Origin: Octopus sinensis
Lineage: Eukaryota
Direction: 5' to 3'
NCBI RefSeq assembly: GCF_006345805.1
Contig: NC_043012.1
Span: 58,714,001-58,778,000 of the forward strand
DNA: 64,000 nt
Below the pieces are notes generated by a model that did not search any database, was not told the origin of the DNA, and saw nothing but the letters and a program-made list of their open reading frames with translations. Shown piece after piece: positions 24,905 to 38,142 of the stretch (positions within the stretch are counted from its first letter, which is position 1; each line of letters starts with the position of its first letter). The translations under genes were made by a program, and so were the position numbers.

Positions 24905-27150
24905 ACATCATAACTGATTAATCACAGTTCACAAGGAAGACAATCTATCAGAAACAGCAAAGAAAATATAAGATGAAATATCGATAAGAAAATCAATAAA
25001 TATGGATCAACAAGATACACCTCCCCAGGCTACGAATAAACAAATATCTTGTGGAAATAATAACTAGATTTCAAGCAAAGGCCTCCAAGAAATTTCTTTC
25101 CACAGAAACAAATCCGAACATCAATAGAATAAATGACCTAATTTATTCAGTATCCATGTGAGTTATTGAAGGATATTGGATTCGATCCTAAAATTCGATC
25201 ATTAGTCAAGCATAAAAATATGAAACAGTGGGAAGAAATATGTATTATACAGAATATGGAAAAACCTTTCGTTATTCAGTGAAATAGAAAGTGAGGTGTA
25301 TCAGATGAAGAAGAAGAAACGAACTAAGCAACCGAACAACCAACTAAATATTTACATATTTTCATATTCAGAAAGAAAACTATAATAGAATATAAAGGAC
25401 AACACTGGTTATATAGAACAGTTATCTCATTTCCCCCAATGTTATGCTGCATAAAATGTATGGAATACGCGAGCACTTATTTCATGAATTATTTAAAATA
25501 AATGCTTGAAAATTTTGTTGAAATTAATAGATTAATAACACATATATGACTGACACAGTAATATCAATAGGAGTCCGAATATGTACTTAAAATATATAGA
25601 AGGAAAAACATACAGTACCAATCAGAGATCGGAATGGGTGAAACGGTTCATGAAAGCAAGAGAGAAAAATAATGTTAGGTATGGTCCACCTTAACTATCG
25701 GGAATTTTAATAATTCAATAAAAACTTCCAATAGCTGGAAAGATTGTGGACTTGATAAAGTTTACAGTTTCTGGCTAAAATACTTAAACAGTTTACGTGA
25801 AGCTGTAGAAACAACACTCAATGAATTATTGAATAGATTGGAATCAACATCTGACTGGTTAATAGAGAGAAAAACAATGTTATCTTATACACATCCCAGA
25901 TCCGAGAGAAAAAAGAAACCCAACTAGACATAAATCAATAGGCGTTTATCAACATTGCACAAACTCCTGACGTCTATGGTTGCCAATAGTTTGGCTACTC
26001 GTCCGGAAAGCAGATGAGCGGAGACTCGTGCCAGAGATGGATTCATGGTTGCGAAGAAGGGGACGAAAAAGGGGTATTGGTGATGAATTTGCAGTTGTGA
26101 GGAAAGGACCAGAAAGGGGTGCTGGAGATGGATACATGGTTTGGAAGCGAAAACCAGAAAAGGGAGTGTTAAAAATTATCGTATGTTTGTGAAGAGAGTA
26201 TCAGAATGGGGGGTCGGTGAGGGATTTATGGTCGTGAAGGGAAGATCAGATGGCTTTCTGGTCCTGCACAACAGCAGTCTGTGAACAAATTCATTACGAA
26301 CATCATATGATAAGTAATATCACTGATATCTGATACGCTATATACAAATATATCGGCCCCAGTGCTAAGAGAATGTATCAACCATGTCTTGTTGAAATGG
26401 AAAACGACAATATTACGGCAAGGCGAGATTAAAGAGAACACAAGCATTATCCCCACAAGAAGAGGAATTTTCATGGAGACACATTACCCTGCCTGCAATT
26501 CTATTTAGTCCTGGCACCATGACAACATCTTCCAACGGAAACCATCAATAAATACAGAAGCCGTGGATAAATTTCAAATCATATAAAACTAATGATATAT
26601 CGCATCTGGGGAACATATTAAAATTTCATATAAGTTCAGCTGTGAGATGTAAATAATTATGGATTGCGACAAATGTATCAATACTATCCTAAGAGATAAA
26701 CACATTGAAACTGAAAACATTAAGTTACATTTAGACATATTGAAATGTGAGAATTAGATCCAAGTTACCCCCAAAATGTACAGAGACGAAGATGAAAGTG
26801 AGAATGTACAACACAAAACTGAAGCAAAAAGAAGAAAAACAAAAGCAAAAAAAGAAAATGTATAACAGAACGTGATGTAAATAAATATCTGTAAACAATC
26901 TATGTTTCTCAGTTGTACATTTAAAGTTTATCATAATGAATTAGAAGTTAAATGAGTTGATGAAACAAGATAGGAAAACGAGAAAATTACTCAGTGCATC
27001 CGAATGCACCACCCAAAGTGTATCTGGATAGACTATACCAGAACTACACGTATGGAACAGGACGTTTGTTAAATACCACAAATTATTGACGTTGGTTCTT
27101 GAATAAAATGTTAAATGCAGTTAGAAAGAAACTAATAAGTTCAAGAAGCG
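24905..27150 (+). mobile_element. Highly decayed R4/Dong-type (RLE-clade) LINE, N-terminal region through RT
   Basis: Fragmented translation: INRINDLIYSVS, NSWKDCGLDKVYSFWLKYLNSL, RLSTLHKLLTS, ENQK, KWKTTILR...TRRGIFHGDTL, DRKTRKLL, MHHPK. Confidence 0.8.
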
Positions 27151-27251
27151 AATATGAGAAGTCAAAGCTGTTTCTATATGTATAGATCAGTACTCGCACA
27201 CACAAAGACACATACATTTATATTTATATACACACACACACACACACACAG

Positions 27252-27341
<90 letters not shown>

Positions 27342-27345
27342 TATA

Positions 27346-27400
<55 letters not shown>

Positions 27401-27602
27401 CATCGGAAAAAATGCCCTTTTCCGGTAGCCGGATAACTGTTTAGAGATGGTGGGATGGATTTCCACCCCGGCATCCGAAACTCGGATTTTTATCATTACT
27501 ATCGAATAATTGTCACATATTACATTACATTTCCAGATAAATTCCAGTATTTACATAATATCGAGGTCTCTTTCATTCTTTTATTGCCTTACCATTTTAT
27601 CA

Positions 27603-27745
<143 letters not shown>

Positions 27746-27913
27746 TATACAACGGGTTTCTTTCAGTTTCCATCTACCAATTCCACTCATAAGACTTTGT
27801 TCGGACCAAGTTTATAGTAGAAAACACTTGCCCAAGGTGCCAAACACAGGGACTGAAGCCGGAATTATGTGCTTGAAGAACATGCTTTTTTACAACAGAG
27901 CCACGTCTGCACC
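27746..27913 (-). mobile_element. SINE family C, 5' part
   Basis: tttctttcagtttccatctacc...acacttgcccaaggtgcc. Confidence 0.75.
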
Positions 27914-27925
27914 TATATATATATA

Positions 27926-28169
27926 GCGGCGAGCTGGTAGAGGCGGCGAGCTGGTAGAAACGTTAGCACGCCGGGCGAGATTCGTAGCCGTATTTCGTCT
28001 GTCGTTACGTTCCGAGTTCAAATTCCGCCGAGGTCGACTTTGCCTTTCATCCTTTCGGGGTCGATAAATTAAGTACCAGTTACGCACTGGGGTCGATGTA
28101 GTCGACTTAATCCCTTTGTCTGTCCTTGTTTGTCCCCTCTGTGTTTAGCCCCTTGTGGGTAGTAAAGAA

Positions 28170-28171
<2 letters not shown>
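27926..28171 (+). mobile_element. Full-length SINE family A with a duplicated 5' end
   Basis: gcggcgagctggtaga occurs twice in tandem, then gttagcacgccgggcg...gagttcaaattccgccgaggtcgac...gtagtaaagaaata. Confidence 0.9.
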
Positions 28172-28202
<31 letters not shown>

Positions 28203-28262
28203 CATCTACCGATATATATGTACACATACATACAAAAAGGTTTAAATGTATACATACATATA

Positions 28263-28392
28263 CGAGGGGAAACTGAAGGTCGGCTGCAGTAAGTGCGAGA
28301 ATCTAAGAGGGGAATATGTTGGATAAAAGCATAATCAAGTGATTCTCCTATATTTTCTTTCACCAAAGTCAGGCAGTTTGCATCGCCCCTCG
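28263..28392. mobile_element. Tc1/mariner-like MITE (130 bp)
   Basis: TA|CGAGGGG...CCCCTCG|TA termini with a subterminal aaactg/cagttt match; TA target duplication. Confidence 0.6.
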
Positions 28393-28435
28393 TATATACA
28401 TACATATTTGTATGTGTGTGAGTGATCTGTTTGGA

Positions 28436-28757
28436 GAGACCCACTTCGGTCACGAATGACCATGTGATTGCCCCTAGAAAGTTACCCTCCGAGGTACATG
28501 TCCGGGCAAGTTTGTTTATAGAAGACCAGTAGTCGCCCATGCATACCAGCCTTCCCTTTCCACACCACCGATGTTATCCAAGAGAAAGGCAAAGGAGCCG
28601 TTACAGCTTGGCACCAGTGATGTTACAACTCATTTCTACAGCTGAGTGAACTGGAGCAACATGAAATAAAGTGTCTTGCTCAAGAACACAACACGCAGCC
28701 CGGTCCGGGAATCGAACTCACAAACTCACGGTCGTAAGTTCGGCGCTCTAACCACTG
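28436..28757 (-). mobile_element. SINE family D
   Basis: cttggcaccagtga, aaataaagtgtcttgctcaagaacacaacacgcagcccggtccgggaatcgaactc...ctctaaccactga. Confidence 0.85.
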
Positions 28758-28776
28758 ATATATATATATATATATA

Positions 28777-28832
28777 CTTTATTTAAAGCAGCAGAAAATT
28801 CAAATTTGAATTTTCTGCTGCTTTAAATAAAG
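28777..28832. repeat. Perfect 56-bp palindrome with no spacer
   Basis: ctttatttaaagcagcagaaaattcaaa|tttgaattttctgctgctttaaataaag. Confidence 0.95.
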
Positions 28833-28901
28833 CATATTACTCTACCACTGATATTTGAGTACTCTTTTTTCCACCTTGTTTCACATTTATGTGTTTACTC
28901 C

Positions 28902-28977
<76 letters not shown>

Positions 28978-28978
28978 T

Positions 28979-29082
28979 CGAAGGGTGTATGAAAAGTTTT
29001 GAGCCTTCATGGCCTTTGAGCCCTGAAGTCTTGTACCATGCTTTCTTTTCTTTTTAGACTCAAGACTTTCACACACCCTTCG
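28979..29082. mobile_element. Mariner-like MITE (104 bp)
   Basis: About 27-bp imperfect TIRs cgaagggtgtatgaaaagttttgagcc / agactcaagactttcacacacccttcg; TA TSD not intact. Confidence 0.6.
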
Positions 29083-29307
29083 TGCTTGTTGATATGTATA
29101 TATATGTGTGTGGGTGTGTGTCTATGTATCTATATATATATATATATATATATACATATATAAGAGATTTCCACGTGAGAAATGTATTTGGGCCGAAGAC
29201 CTGGTGGATCAAGTTAACGTAGGGCAAAACAAGAACTACAACAAAGGCTTCTACTTCGGATCACTACTGATGAGCCAATGATGGATTCTATACATGGTAA
29301 CACCACC

Positions 29308-29725
29308 GGATCTTTTCGGATTGAACGGCGGTTTTTTCTAGCGGTGTCATATGAAATTATCACGCATAATTATGACCCTAGTATCGATCTATTGCATTTC
29401 AATCTGTTTTAGGGTTAGGGTTTGTTAGGGTTAGGTGTGGGGGAAATGGTATTTTTTTGTCTTCAGAAATGTAAATAAACCCAATCTGTTTCTTAAACGA
29501 GGGACATATTCATACGGCACAGAATGTTTTCACCTCAATAGACGTCATTGATTGGTTCAAACTGCAGAAATTGAAGAAAAAAACAACAAATATCTTACAA
29601 ACTATAGAATTTTCTCAATAAAGCCAAAGGAAAAAGATGTTTTATAAACACATTCTACCAGTATACGAAGTGTTTAGTTACGTGGAAATTATTTTTAAAA
29701 GCTGTCGTTCAAACCGAAAAGATCC
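29308..29725. mobile_element. 418-bp MITE with GG...CC termini and an 8-bp TSD (Merlin-like), carrying TTAGGG repeats
   Basis: TIRs ggatcttttcggattgaacggcgg / ctgtcgttcaaaccgaaaagatcc; flanks acaccacc and acgccacc (7/8 identical); ttagggttagggtttgttagggttagg at about 29409-29435. Confidence 0.75.
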
Positions 29726-30917
29726 ACGCCACCTACTAAAACTAGCAACAAAAAAGTCCACCCTGAAATCCCATGGCCCTCCCCATCTTATTACAAAGCG
29801 AAAATCTCATTGGATAATGTAGCCCTATATTTACTCGCCTGTATCAAAAACATTTACAGCTGAAAATCCTTTGATCATAGGCTCTGCTAACGCAGTCAAA
29901 TATATCTTGAGGCCGAATAACAACAACAAAGACGACGACGACAACGACAGGAACACCATCAAAAGTGTAAATTCCAATTAGAAGAAAACTTTGTTACATT
30001 TTAGTATATCGAGGCCTACAATTTTGACAAAGAAACAATTAATAAGGTTATTCATTTTTATCTTTAATATTGATAATTTAATCATGTTGTTGCAAAAAAT
30101 AAAATAAAATAAAAACAAGCATCCATTCAGTTATATTTCAGATGATACGTAGTGTAAATGCTCCCAAGTGTTACTGAAAATAGCATTCATTTCGTAAATA
30201 GCTAAGATTTGCTGTCAAAAGAGACTCTTTCACTTGTCACTCACTTTAGACTAAATAAGTATGCATATACGTTAGAAACATTCAATTAATAAATGAAGTT
30301 TTAAAAATAATACTAATATAAAAGAAACATATACTAATAATAAGAAGGAAAGAACGCGAAAAGAAGAAAAAAACATTGTCATTCCAACTGTTTCTGCTGT
30401 GTTAAACTGAAGTTCTTCATTTCCATGTTAATTTTACTGATTGCTTCAGATTTCATCCACTTTATTTATAATTCCAAGTTATACGTTGTTAACTCTTTAA
30501 TCCAAACTAAATCTCGTATCCCGTGTACGGAGATAGAGCAGTAACAATTTTCTATGACTACTAATCAGAATAGTTCGGATTATGGAGAAGAAAAGAAAGC
30601 AAGGCTGTGAGCATTCAATTACATAGACTTTATTTTTTCTCTCCTTTCTTTACATGTTTACGTTGATATCGGTTTGCTTTTAGAAATTCAACGAGAAAAA
30701 GATTTCATTTTGAATATGATTTACATTAGTTTAATAAAACACTACAATGAAAACGGTGGAGCGTATTCTGATTAATCCTCTCGTTATTCTACCAAACATT
30801 GAATATTCTACCAAACGTTGTCAGTCTTCGTGCAGAAGTCAATCAGAATCAGCGCCACTCTTGTGTGAGTAACAAGCAGTGCTAGTACTATCATTACTAC
30901 ACATGTTTCGTATACTG

Positions 30918-31326
30918 TTTTACTCTTTTTTCTTGTTTCACTCAGTTGGCTGTGGCCATGTTGGAGCACCGCCTTTTAGTCGAGCAAATCGACCCCAGAA
31001 CTTATTCTTTGGAAGCCGAGTACTTATTATATCGGTCTCTTTTGCCGAAGCGCTAAGTTAATTGGACGTAAACACACCAGCATCGGTTGTCATGCGATGT
31101 TGAGAGGACAAACACAGACACACAAACATATACACACACGTAAATAGATATATATATACATATATAAGGCGAGCTTCTTTCAGTTTCCGTCTACCAAATC
31201 CACTCAAGGCTTTGGTCGACCCGAGGCTATAGTAGAAGACACATGCCCATGTACCTCGCAGTGGGTCTGAACCCGAAACCGTGTGGTTGAAAAGTAAGCT
31301 ACTTACCACACAGCCGCTCCTGCGCC
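30918..31326 (-). mobile_element. Full-length SINE family C
   Basis: Aligns along its length with the reverse complement of the 45091 copy. Confidence 0.85.
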
Positions 31327-31359
31327 TAAAAGATATTATTGATGATATTTACATTAAAT

Positions 31360-31568
31360 GATATTGGTTTCACATTTTGGCACAGGGCCACCAATTCGAA
31401 GGTGGGGAGAAGTCGATTACATCGACCCTGTTATCAACCAAGTACTTATTTTATCGATTCTGAAAGAATGAATGCCAAGTTCGACCGTGGAAGTCAGTAT
31501 GCAAAGACGGACGAATGCTAATGATCGTTTTTCCCAGCGTGTTACCGATTCTGCAACCACGCCGCCTT
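31360..31568 (-). mobile_element. Degenerate SINE family A
   Basis: gatattggtttcacattttggcac...aagtcgattacatcgaccc...gacggacgaatgc...gattctgcaaccacgccgcc. Confidence 0.7.
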
Positions 31569-33758
31569 TCACATTCAAGTATATTATTATTCCTTGTTAA
31601 TCTATATTAGATATGATCAGTTAGGACGGCTCTGTTGTTAACCAGTTTGCTACGCAGGCTGATTGACAAATGTTTTCTACTCTGTTCTAAGTTCGACGTA
31701 ATATTGGCCAGAAGCATTTGATACGGGTAAAATGTAAGTACACTGGAGTTTCACATACACAAACACATACACTTTCACACAAACACGCACATACGCACAA
31801 ACACGCATAAAAACATTGACACACATTGACACACAAATACACTCACACACATACTCACGCAAATACATACATCAATACACATATTTACTCTTATACATAC
31901 ACAGTCATACATATTAGCGGATCAAAGGAGATGGAAAAATAGCATCACGAGGAAATAAGTACTATAGCCAATGGGAATACCTCATATTGCTTTGTACGAT
32001 GCCAAAGCATGGCCGCCATCCAATGACCGAGACCAGTAAGACGATAATATAAAAATAAAACTTCATCATTCGAAATTTCTTACATTCAGGAGAGATAAAT
32101 GATGTCCAATCAAAGTCAAAGCTTGAAGGGCTCCTATGAAACCCAGTTAATTTCCCTTGTTTCTTTTCAGTCCTATTCCCTTACCGTTTTAGATTCTTCT
32201 ATTTCGGAAACTAAAGTGATCCATATATCTTTTACCAAACTTCAGCCATCTCCATACTTTAAAATGCTTTCTTCATTTACATTACTTTATATCACCTTTC
32301 CCTTCACCGCTAGTTTCTTTCACTCTATTTTATTTTATTTTCGTTTTCTCTTCTCACCTTCTCTCTTTCTTTCTTTCTCTCTCCATCTCTCTCTCTCTCT
32401 CTCTCTCACTCTTGCCCTCTCGGGACTTACACAAGTAAATTGATTTACCAGCCACTATATATCTGCAATTACCGAAAATAAGTGTCTTCTAAATATGGAC
32501 AAGCAAACACATGAACAAGTAAGAAAGATATTTGCCTCAAAGCACGCAAACACGTCAGATCAACCATCACGAAAACCATAAATACATCCATCGAAGGAAG
32601 ATATTAACATCTTTCCTTTCGTTAACATATCTGTTAAATAACATGCTAAACGCAAATTGCGTGCTAAATTTATCCGAACCAAATTCTTTTTAATCTCCGA
32701 CGCCATTTTCTCAACTGAGTTATGTTGTCACATACAATCCCAATGTATTCAACGTGCTGCGAAACAATATACAACTACATTTCACATTCTCTTCAACACT
32801 AAATACATTGACGCTGATAGCAACTCATTTATATGAGTTTCTTTTAAAAACCTATTAAAACTTACTAAAAACACGCCACTCAAATATTATTCCCGTCATC
32901 TTATTAAGATCAGCTTTGCTTGCAGTCATTGTTTTCCATAAGACAAATCACTCTTCGGATTTTAACGAGCTTGTTCTTACGCTGGTTTAGTCTAATACCG
33001 AAATATTCTCATGAAAGTAGTTTAAGTCAGCAAAGAATCAAATCATTACCATCTATCAGGATTCCTGTCACAGCTTCTGTGTAAGCGATATAATGTTGTT
33101 ATCAGATTTTTAATAAGCAGTTTCGTGGGTTTTTCGTTTCTTCTTTTTGCTTCCTGTCTTTTGTTTTTGATACAAACTTAAACGGAATGATAGAATTCTT
33201 GAAGTAAACAAATGGTAATTATTCAAACTCTGACAAATTTCCTGGGAAATATATTTCAGCGGATCATGCAAGTCATTCTTAATATCGTTAGATAAATGGT
33301 GAATGTGTTACCACGGACAATATTGAAGGAGATGCATTGAAAGACGTACAATCTCGTAGAGATTCACTCTTGTGGTATTCCCTATCCGTACCAGGTTAAG
33401 TTGGAAGGTGGTTCGAGCTCCCAAAATTCTGGCTGTTTCAAATGTGATAGGTTCAAAAAGGAAAGCATTGCAGTGCAGAATCACCTAGCGATCCTTCACC
33501 CGCCGAACAACGAGGTCGGGATTAGACGTTGATCTCCCCAAAATTTTATACGAGAATCTTAAGTACTAATTTCTCTGAATCTAGTCGCGATGGAAAACGG
33601 CTGCATTCATTATTCGTTTTGTAATAGCAATTATAGTCGACTTATATGCAAGAGACGAACAAAGCAAAACCAAAAAGTAAACAATAACATGAAAGCAACC
33701 AAAGACCATGAATATGAAACCTACGCAATTATACTGAAGAAGAAATGAAAGGAGAAAT

Positions 33759-33794
33759 GTTCAACGTTTCGGATATTTAGCCGTTGTCAAGATC
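33759..33794 (-). ncRNA. Degenerate minimal hammerhead-like motif (U3:A8 core)
   Basis: Minus strand GATC TTGACAA C GGCT-AAAT-ATCC GAAA CGTT GAAC; one mismatch in each of stems I and II. Confidence 0.4.
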
Positions 33795-34478
33795 GACGGA
33801 GTAAGTAAAGAAAGCAAATATTTGATAGAAAAAACAATACGATATTGGGTCAGAGACACAATACGTGAAGCAAGAAGTGAGTTCAAAGATGCTATTTTTG
33901 ATTTTAAAATACTGAGCACCCGCTAATGAAACTAAGCAGAGCAAGTGTGATATGCTTTAATGAAGAGAAGTCAAGTGCGAATGAAGTTTCTTTACATTTT
34001 TCAGCGAAGAGGGAGTCGAATTCGTGAACATCATTATAACAGAATGTTTGTTTGTGTTTCTGTAAAGAGACAGAATGGTTCATGTAAGTGAAGTGTGATA
34101 TTTTTTACTTGGCTGTGAAAAAGGTTTCAAAGAAGGGGAATTTGCGTGTATAGGAGATTTCTCCAGAAGAGTGTGTGAGTATTGTGAGATTGACAACGTG
34201 GATGATATGATGTATACATGTGTACATGTATGCTCTCGTGTGGAACAATTCGTCAAGGACGCTTCTTGCGTGTCTGTCTGTGAGTTTGCGTTTGTGTAAC
34301 AGTGAGAAGGGGGTGAATATCTCGTGGTTTAAGGAATGCATTATATCGAATGAGTATTATGAACATCACATTATAGCATCCATTTACAGGCGGATGCTGG
34401 ATGGTGAATGGACGGCGAATCTGTTCAAATGTATGGGTAGAGACGAGGTTGCAGAGTAAAATTCACTTGCAGGCGTGA

Positions 34479-34528
<50 letters not shown>

Positions 34529-36925
34529 TGTGTGTGTGTGTGTGTGTTTGCGTCTGGTTATAATTATTCACACCGATAGGGAAGCCGTATTATAATCGAA
34601 GATTATCCGTTATTGAAAAACAAGATTCGAAAATGCCCCATGTTGCGTAATCTCTCACTGGCTGATATACACATGAATGTGATAAGAAGAATTGAACTTG
34701 TGGGCAACAAATCTAAGTAATCTGGAGTTGTTGCTTTCCGACGTACGTTAAATTTCCTCCTAAAACACTCTGTCAACACCTGAGCAATTTTACCTCTAGT
34801 ACAGTAAACAATAAAGATAAAATTTAAAATAATGGCTGATATTTTGGCCAGTGGGGTGTAGGTGATGCCATCTATGAAAATTAGAGATAGATTCGATTCG
34901 CCTAGGATTGTGATGGTTCTACTGTAAGAGAAGGCAAATGATTATAATGTTTGCTGTATGTGGCAAGGGTGAAGTTGTATGTTTATTGTTCACCTAGATT
35001 TCGATAGGGAGGCGTTTACAGAAGTTATGGGATGTAACAGTTGAAGTGAATAGAATTGGAAGCAGTGGATGTATCGCACGATTGAGTGCTCCAGAGATCG
35101 AGTAAGAGCTGAAAAAATGAGACTAAATGAACGGGGAGGGTACAAGGTGAAGAGATGGGACTGACTGGTACGATGCTAAGACCTGGGGCAGGTACTAACG
35201 CGTGGACTTGCAGTTTGTGGTTAAGATAGCGAGTAAGGAAAATTATGTGATTGGAAGGTGAACCTTGGCAAAAGTTCCTAACCGCATGAAATGGGGCTCT
35301 GTTTCTACATTGCAGTTACTTTAACTGGTTATTCACAATGCTCGTCGCATCCAATGTGAATTATGTGTTCTGTGTTACCGTTATAATGATGTCATCAATA
35401 TATATGCCCATTTGACTCTTATGTGCCCCATTTTGAACAGGATGCTTCGTCCATAACTCCATATTCCACTAATGTTGCTGGAGAGGTACCACATGGAGGA
35501 AGCACGTGACTAAAAATAATTCCAACGGATTTTGTCTGAGCACAGCAAAAAGTATTGCACGATGAAGAGATCTCACTTGTGAAACGTACATGGAACATCT
35601 TCCATTGAAAACAGCTGCCATTTAGCTTTGGAGGATTCTATGAAAAATTTTCTATTCATTGAAATTAGTCAGAGACACTCAGAAGATCTATTTGTGAGCT
35701 ACATTGTGTCGAAGTCCTGCGAAAAGGTGATGGTTGTCGTGGAAATATCTGTTTGGCATTAAAGAAGAAGCCAAGGTTCTCCCCATCTGAACCCAACGAT
35801 AATAGAGCTAAATGCCTTAAGCTCTGCATTTAATAGGGATATGGTCAGTTAAATTGTCAATAATCACCCAGAATTACATTTTCATCCTATATTCCTATGT
35901 TATTTCACGTCTCTGACTTAATCTGTACTCTGTCTAAATACGAACTGAATTCCTGGACGTAGTGTCTTCATTTCCACACTAGCGCATTGGCAAAATCCAG
36001 CCGTGGGACTGGCTGAGCTTACTTGCAAGGCTTCTATACCCTCTCTCTTATCGGTTAACCACACACGCTAACAGGAGTCTAACAAGGCTAACAGGAGTCT
36101 AAAAAGCTATTTCAATCTTCTACTTATTCTAATATTCAGACGTGTTCTGAAGAAGCTTTCTACACTGTCGTAAAGTGTAATCACATATCATTGTAATAAC
36201 CTGAAATTGTTAAAAATGTTGAAGGAAACTACTTTGAGATTTTTTAAAAATTAAATTTGATGCCAGTTTCGCATCAGTTTAGATAACATCCAAGATATAC
36301 TTCAAATTACTTGAGTTACTAGCTTTCAGACATTTTATATTGGTTGATTTTACGTTTTTCTTCAGACATAATACATCACTCAATCGAGGTTTTCTTTCCC
36401 ATGATTGCATTCAAAATTCTAAAGTCAATTTCCAAATTACTATAGTTTCTTAGTGCACTTCTGAAAAAATTATATTAGTGGCTGTAGCTATGGTGATGTT
36501 TACTCTGTGTGTATATCTGCTTGCTCCTGTGTCTGTACGTGTTTCTGTCTGTGTCTGTGCATGTGTGTCTATGTTTTTTTCTGTCTGCATCTGTGAGCAT
36601 GTCTGTGTACGTTTGTATGTGTGCGTTTCTGTGTCTATGAGTATATTTTAATCTACAAAACCAGCAATACACTTATTGATTACGGTAGTATACTAGCAGA
36701 GTCATTAGAGCGTTATACAAAATTCTGTACGGTATTGGTATCGGCTGTTAAGGTTCTGATTTCAAATCTCACTGATGACACACTTCATTTTCACCCATCG
36801 CGGAACGGGAGAGACAAAAACAAAGACCTCATCAAAAGAAACACTGTTTTTGAGATGGAAGTTCTGTAAACATTAGAAACTGTTTTATCCTATACTTCAT
36901 TAAATATACTCTTTTATAAACAATA

Positions 36926-37245
36926 GTGGAGGCGCAATGGCCCAGTGGTTAGGGCAGCGAACTCGCGGTCGGAAGATCGCGGTTTCGATTCCCAGACCGG
37001 GCGTTGTGTGTGTTTATTGAGCGAAAACACCTAAAAGCTCCACGAGACTCCGGCAGGGGGTGGTGGCGACCCCTGTTCTACTCTTTCGCCTCAACTTTCG
37101 CTCAGTCTTTCTTCCTGTTTCTTGAGTATCGCTGCGATGGACTGGCGTCCCGTCCACCTGAGGGGGACTACACACGCCATAGAAACCGGGAAACCGGGTC
37201 CATTAGCCTGGCTAGGCTTGAAAAGGGTGCATAAATAAAAAAAAT
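36926..37245 (+). mobile_element. Full-length SINE family B with a V-domain-like 3' half, A tail and 14-bp TSD
   Basis: tRNA-like head; gctgcgatggactggcgtcccgtcc; TSD ttttataaacaata at 36912-36925 and 37246-37259. Confidence 0.9.
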
Positions 37246-37871
37246 TTTTATAAACAATAATAAATTTAGTTGAGGCCGTTCAATACCATGCATTATTTCG
37301 TTGTGTTACTCTACACTGTTTCGTCAATCACACAGCGATTGACACATATGCAAGTTTGCTCTATATATAACATAGGCATCAATAATACAGTGGAGATCGA
37401 TAGAGTTAATCACATATGTTGGCAGCAGTGTTGGTCTTTTGTAACGATGAAGTAAATCTGTATTTCATCTGAAGTTTTTAATTAGGATTATTTTTTCCTC
37501 GTTACGTTCGCAACGAAACGAACAATACACACACACTCATACACACGCATGTACACACCACGACAGGCCTCTAACGGTCGAGGTTAATTGATTGACCAAA
37601 CGACTAATAAAATAATCGATTAGCTAACTTGGTAAATCATTAATTAGTTGAATAATAATAATGAAAGAAGTGAAAGAGAACCAATATATGCATTTCTTAT
37701 TGGCATAATGGCTCTCAAAAGATACAAGAAAACCATTATTCATGTACAGTTTGGTAAAACGTCATCTCTCTAGTTTTAACCTCAATCTGACTGACCACAA
37801 CACGTGTAAATATACACACACACACATAATATATTCGTAAATATATGTATGTATATATATATATATATATC

Positions 37872-37906
<35 letters not shown>

Positions 37907-37986
37907 GTGTGTGGTGTGTGTGTGTGTGTGTGTACATATACACAGATATATATATATACATATATACATGCATTTATGTATACACA

Positions 37987-38055
37987 CAGTAGTACCTCGG
38001 TTTTCGAAAACATCTGATCCCGAATAAATCGTGCTCCCTCTTTCTCTTTCTCTCT

Positions 38056-38095
<40 letters not shown>

Positions 38096-38142
38096 CCCGA
38101 TTTATTCGTGACCAGAGGCGTTCGTAAACCGAGGTACTACTG
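37987..38142. mobile_element. Tigger/pogo-like MITE with a central microsatellite
   Basis: TIRs cagtagtacctcggttttcgaa / ttcgtaaaccgaggtactactg followed by TA, plus subterminal inverted cgaataaatcg / cgatttattcg. Confidence 0.75.

Noticed and set aside
27421-27490. Hairpin followed by CCGAAAC resembling a PLE hammerhead 3' half
   Set aside because: No recognisable CUGANGA or UUGANAA core and several stem mismatches.
29250-29290. CTGATGAGCC...GG hammerhead-like start
   Set aside because: No GAAA, stem III or stem I; at most a heavily decayed remnant.
29409-29435. True telomere or chromosome-fusion relic
   Set aside because: Only about four degenerate units, enclosed within a TIR/TSD-bounded MITE.
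33292-33394. Candidate exon (AG...GT bounded, INGECVTTDNIEGDALKDVQSRRDSLLWYSLSVP)
   Set aside because: 34 open codons are expected by chance; the polypyrimidine tract is weak, no domain is recognised and no partner exons were found.
36926-37005. tRNA genes at SINE heads (also 2051, 8510, 24230-24307, 46540-46621, 63725-63802)
   Set aside because: A/B boxes are present but there is no complete cloverleaf or acceptor stem, and each continues into a repeated SINE body.
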